From NCBI GenBank assembly GCA_947628095.1, contig CANQYO010000003.1, positions 1 through 50,847 on the forward strand: a DNA stretch of 50,847 bases. The letters are read 5' to 3'. Shown here piece after piece: positions 49,492-50,847 of the stretch (positions are counted from its first letter, which is position 1; every line of letters starts with the position of its first letter). The stretch is from an uncultured Bacilli bacterium (GTDB taxonomy: Bacteria; Bacillota_I; Bacilli_A; RF39; UBA660). The notes under the pieces were generated by a model that made no database searches, was not told where the DNA came from, and was given only the letters and a program-made list of their open reading frames with translations. A program made the position numbers and the translations under genes.

Positions 49492-49575
49492 TTTATCACA
49501 TTTTTAGAAAGAAAAACAAGGCAATTTATCACATTTTAGAAAGAATTTTCGACATAAAAATCACATTTTTAGAAA
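49492..49575. repeat. Three direct repeats ATCACATTTT(T)AGAAA, period 32-33 bp
   Basis: Copies start at 49495, 49528 and 49560, directly upstream of the AAA/DUF4143 gene. Confidence 0.85.
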
Positions 49576-49727
49576 ACTTGTTATAATCATAATGATTTTA
49601 GCAGTAAAAATAAAAGGCACTGTTAATTAAATTAACAATGCTCAACCATTATAAGGTAGGCATTTAGCATAAAAACTAAATTGCTTCCTACAAATTAAAT
49701 TATAATAGATAATCATAAATTTGTAAA

Positions 49728-50657
49728 CTAGTTTGTTATTACTTTTTTACCTTGATAAGTATCTCTTTTTTTTAGTTCTTTATCAATATCATTTAAAACA
49801 ACAAATTTTTTAACAAGCCAAGTTGGTTCAATTAAATCACTTACTTTAGGGTCACCGGTAATTCGGTGAATAACAATATCAGGTCTTAAAAGTTCAAGTT
49901 CACTTACTACAATATCAATATATTCTTCTTTGGTTAAAACATGAAATTTTTCTTTTTCATAAAGTTCTGCCAATTTAGTATTTTTTAAAATATGAAGCAT
50001 ATGAATTTTAATTCCTTGAATATCTAATTTATTTAAATATTTAACAGTTTCTAACATCATTTCTTTAGTTTCATAAGGAAGACCATTTATAATATGCACA
50101 ACAACATTGATATTTCTTTCACGAAGTTTTTTAACCATTACTTCAAATTCTTCTAAAGTATGACAGCGATTAATTAATTTAGATGTTTTATCATGAATGG
50201 TTTGAAGACCAAGTTCAACAGTTAAATAAGTTCTTTTACTTAAATCAGTTAAGTAATCTAAACATTCTTCACTTATAGCATCAGGACGAGTTGCAATATT
50301 AAGACCTACTACGTTATCAATTTTTAAAATAGGTTCAAACAAACTTTTAAGTTTGGATAACGGAGCATAAGTATTAGTCCCGGCTTGAAAATAACCAATA
50401 AACTTAGCATTAGGCCATTTATGAAGCATAACTTTTTTTATTGTTTCAAATTGAGTTATTATATCATTTCTACTATTTCCAGCATATTCACCACTTAGCA
50501 TATTAGAACAATATATGCATCCCCCTACTCCTTTAGTTCCATCACGATTAGGACAAGTAAAATTGCCATTTAGACTAACTTTAGCAATTTTAGTATTAAA
50601 TTTTTGTTTATAAAAACTATCTAAGGTATAATAACGTTTATTATTATCAAATAGCAT
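49728..50657 (-). CDS. TIGR01212-type radical SAM protein (YhcC/YtqA family)
   Basis: FTCPNRDG...GGCIYC, YFQA.TNTY, ATRPD, ELGLQT, INRCH, GIKIHMLH. Confidence 0.92.
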   Translation of the reverse strand: MLFDNNKRYYTLDSFYKQKFNTKIAKVSLNGNFTCPNRDGTKGVGGCIYCSNMLSGEYAGNSRNDIITQFETIKKVMLHKWPNAKFIGYFQAGTNTYAPLSKLKSLFEPILKIDNVVGLNIATRPDAISEECLDYLTDLSKRTYLTVELGLQTIHDKTSKLINRCHTLEEFEVMVKKLRERNINVVVHIINGLPYETKEMMLETVKYLNKLDIQGIKIHMLHILKNTKLAELYEKEKFHVLTKEEYIDIVVSELELLRPDIVIHRITGDPKVSDLIEPTWLVKKFVVLNDIDKELKKRDTYQGKKVITN

Positions 50658-50847
50658 AAAACCACCGAAATCAGTGTATCACTTTTTTTTAATCATGACA
50701 AATTTTTCTAGATTGTTCTAATTATTTTCTCATATGAAGAAAAAAAACTTAACTAATTTTAAAAATATGTTATACTCTCAAATTTATCACTTTTGAAAGT
50801 CAAAAATCTCTTAGACTCTTATCAATAAAGGGTTTAAGAAATTTTAA

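Noticed and set aside
49490..49576. Possible mini CRISPR array
   Set aside because: Only three short repeats with 12-16-bp spacers, non-palindromic, no cas genes; better explained as protein-binding sites.
49650..49692. Hairpin with ATAAAAACTAA tail reminiscent of a preQ1-I riboswitch
   Set aside because: Lacks the preQ1 P1/loop consensus and has no downstream gene on that strand.

Overview
Replication-origin region of a very AT-rich, apparently genome-reduced, spore-gene-bearing Firmicute. It looks Bacilli-like and probably belongs to an uncultured RF39-type lineage (inference); TGA serves as a stop codon, so it is not a code-4 Mollicute. Gene orientation switches at about 27 kb. The left arm (minus strand) reads dnaA-dnaN-comK-recF-gyrB-gyrA, orphan, SRP RNA-tadA-dnaX-ebfC-recR-bofA-holB-yaaT-yabB, orphan, pth-mfd-DUF368, orphan, spoVT, Met T-box-metG-tatD. 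The right arm (plus strand) reads membrane protein, rpmH-rnpA-yidC-jag, orphan, mnmE, orphan, mnmG-rsmG, a structured RNA candidate, noc-soj-spo0J-DUF951-abgT-ychF. An accessory block follows, with two membrane proteins, two XRE repressors, a large surface protein, an AAA/DUF4143 ATPase and a radical SAM protein. Most notable points: (1) a Noc lacking the N-terminal membrane helix but carrying a ~460-aa prion-like/acidic insert, with a strong internal in-frame ribosome-binding site; (2) comK embedded in the dnaA-dnaN-recF cluster behind DnaA-box and Spo0A-like sites; (3) an unannotated ~160-nt 6S-like RNA fold upstream of noc; (4) a twin-operator XRE switch driving a surface protein whose 3' end has the codon signature of a DGR variable region; (5) an RBS-occluding hairpin and sigmaE-like promoter for bofA. 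All family calls come from recognising motifs by eye; no database searches were run.
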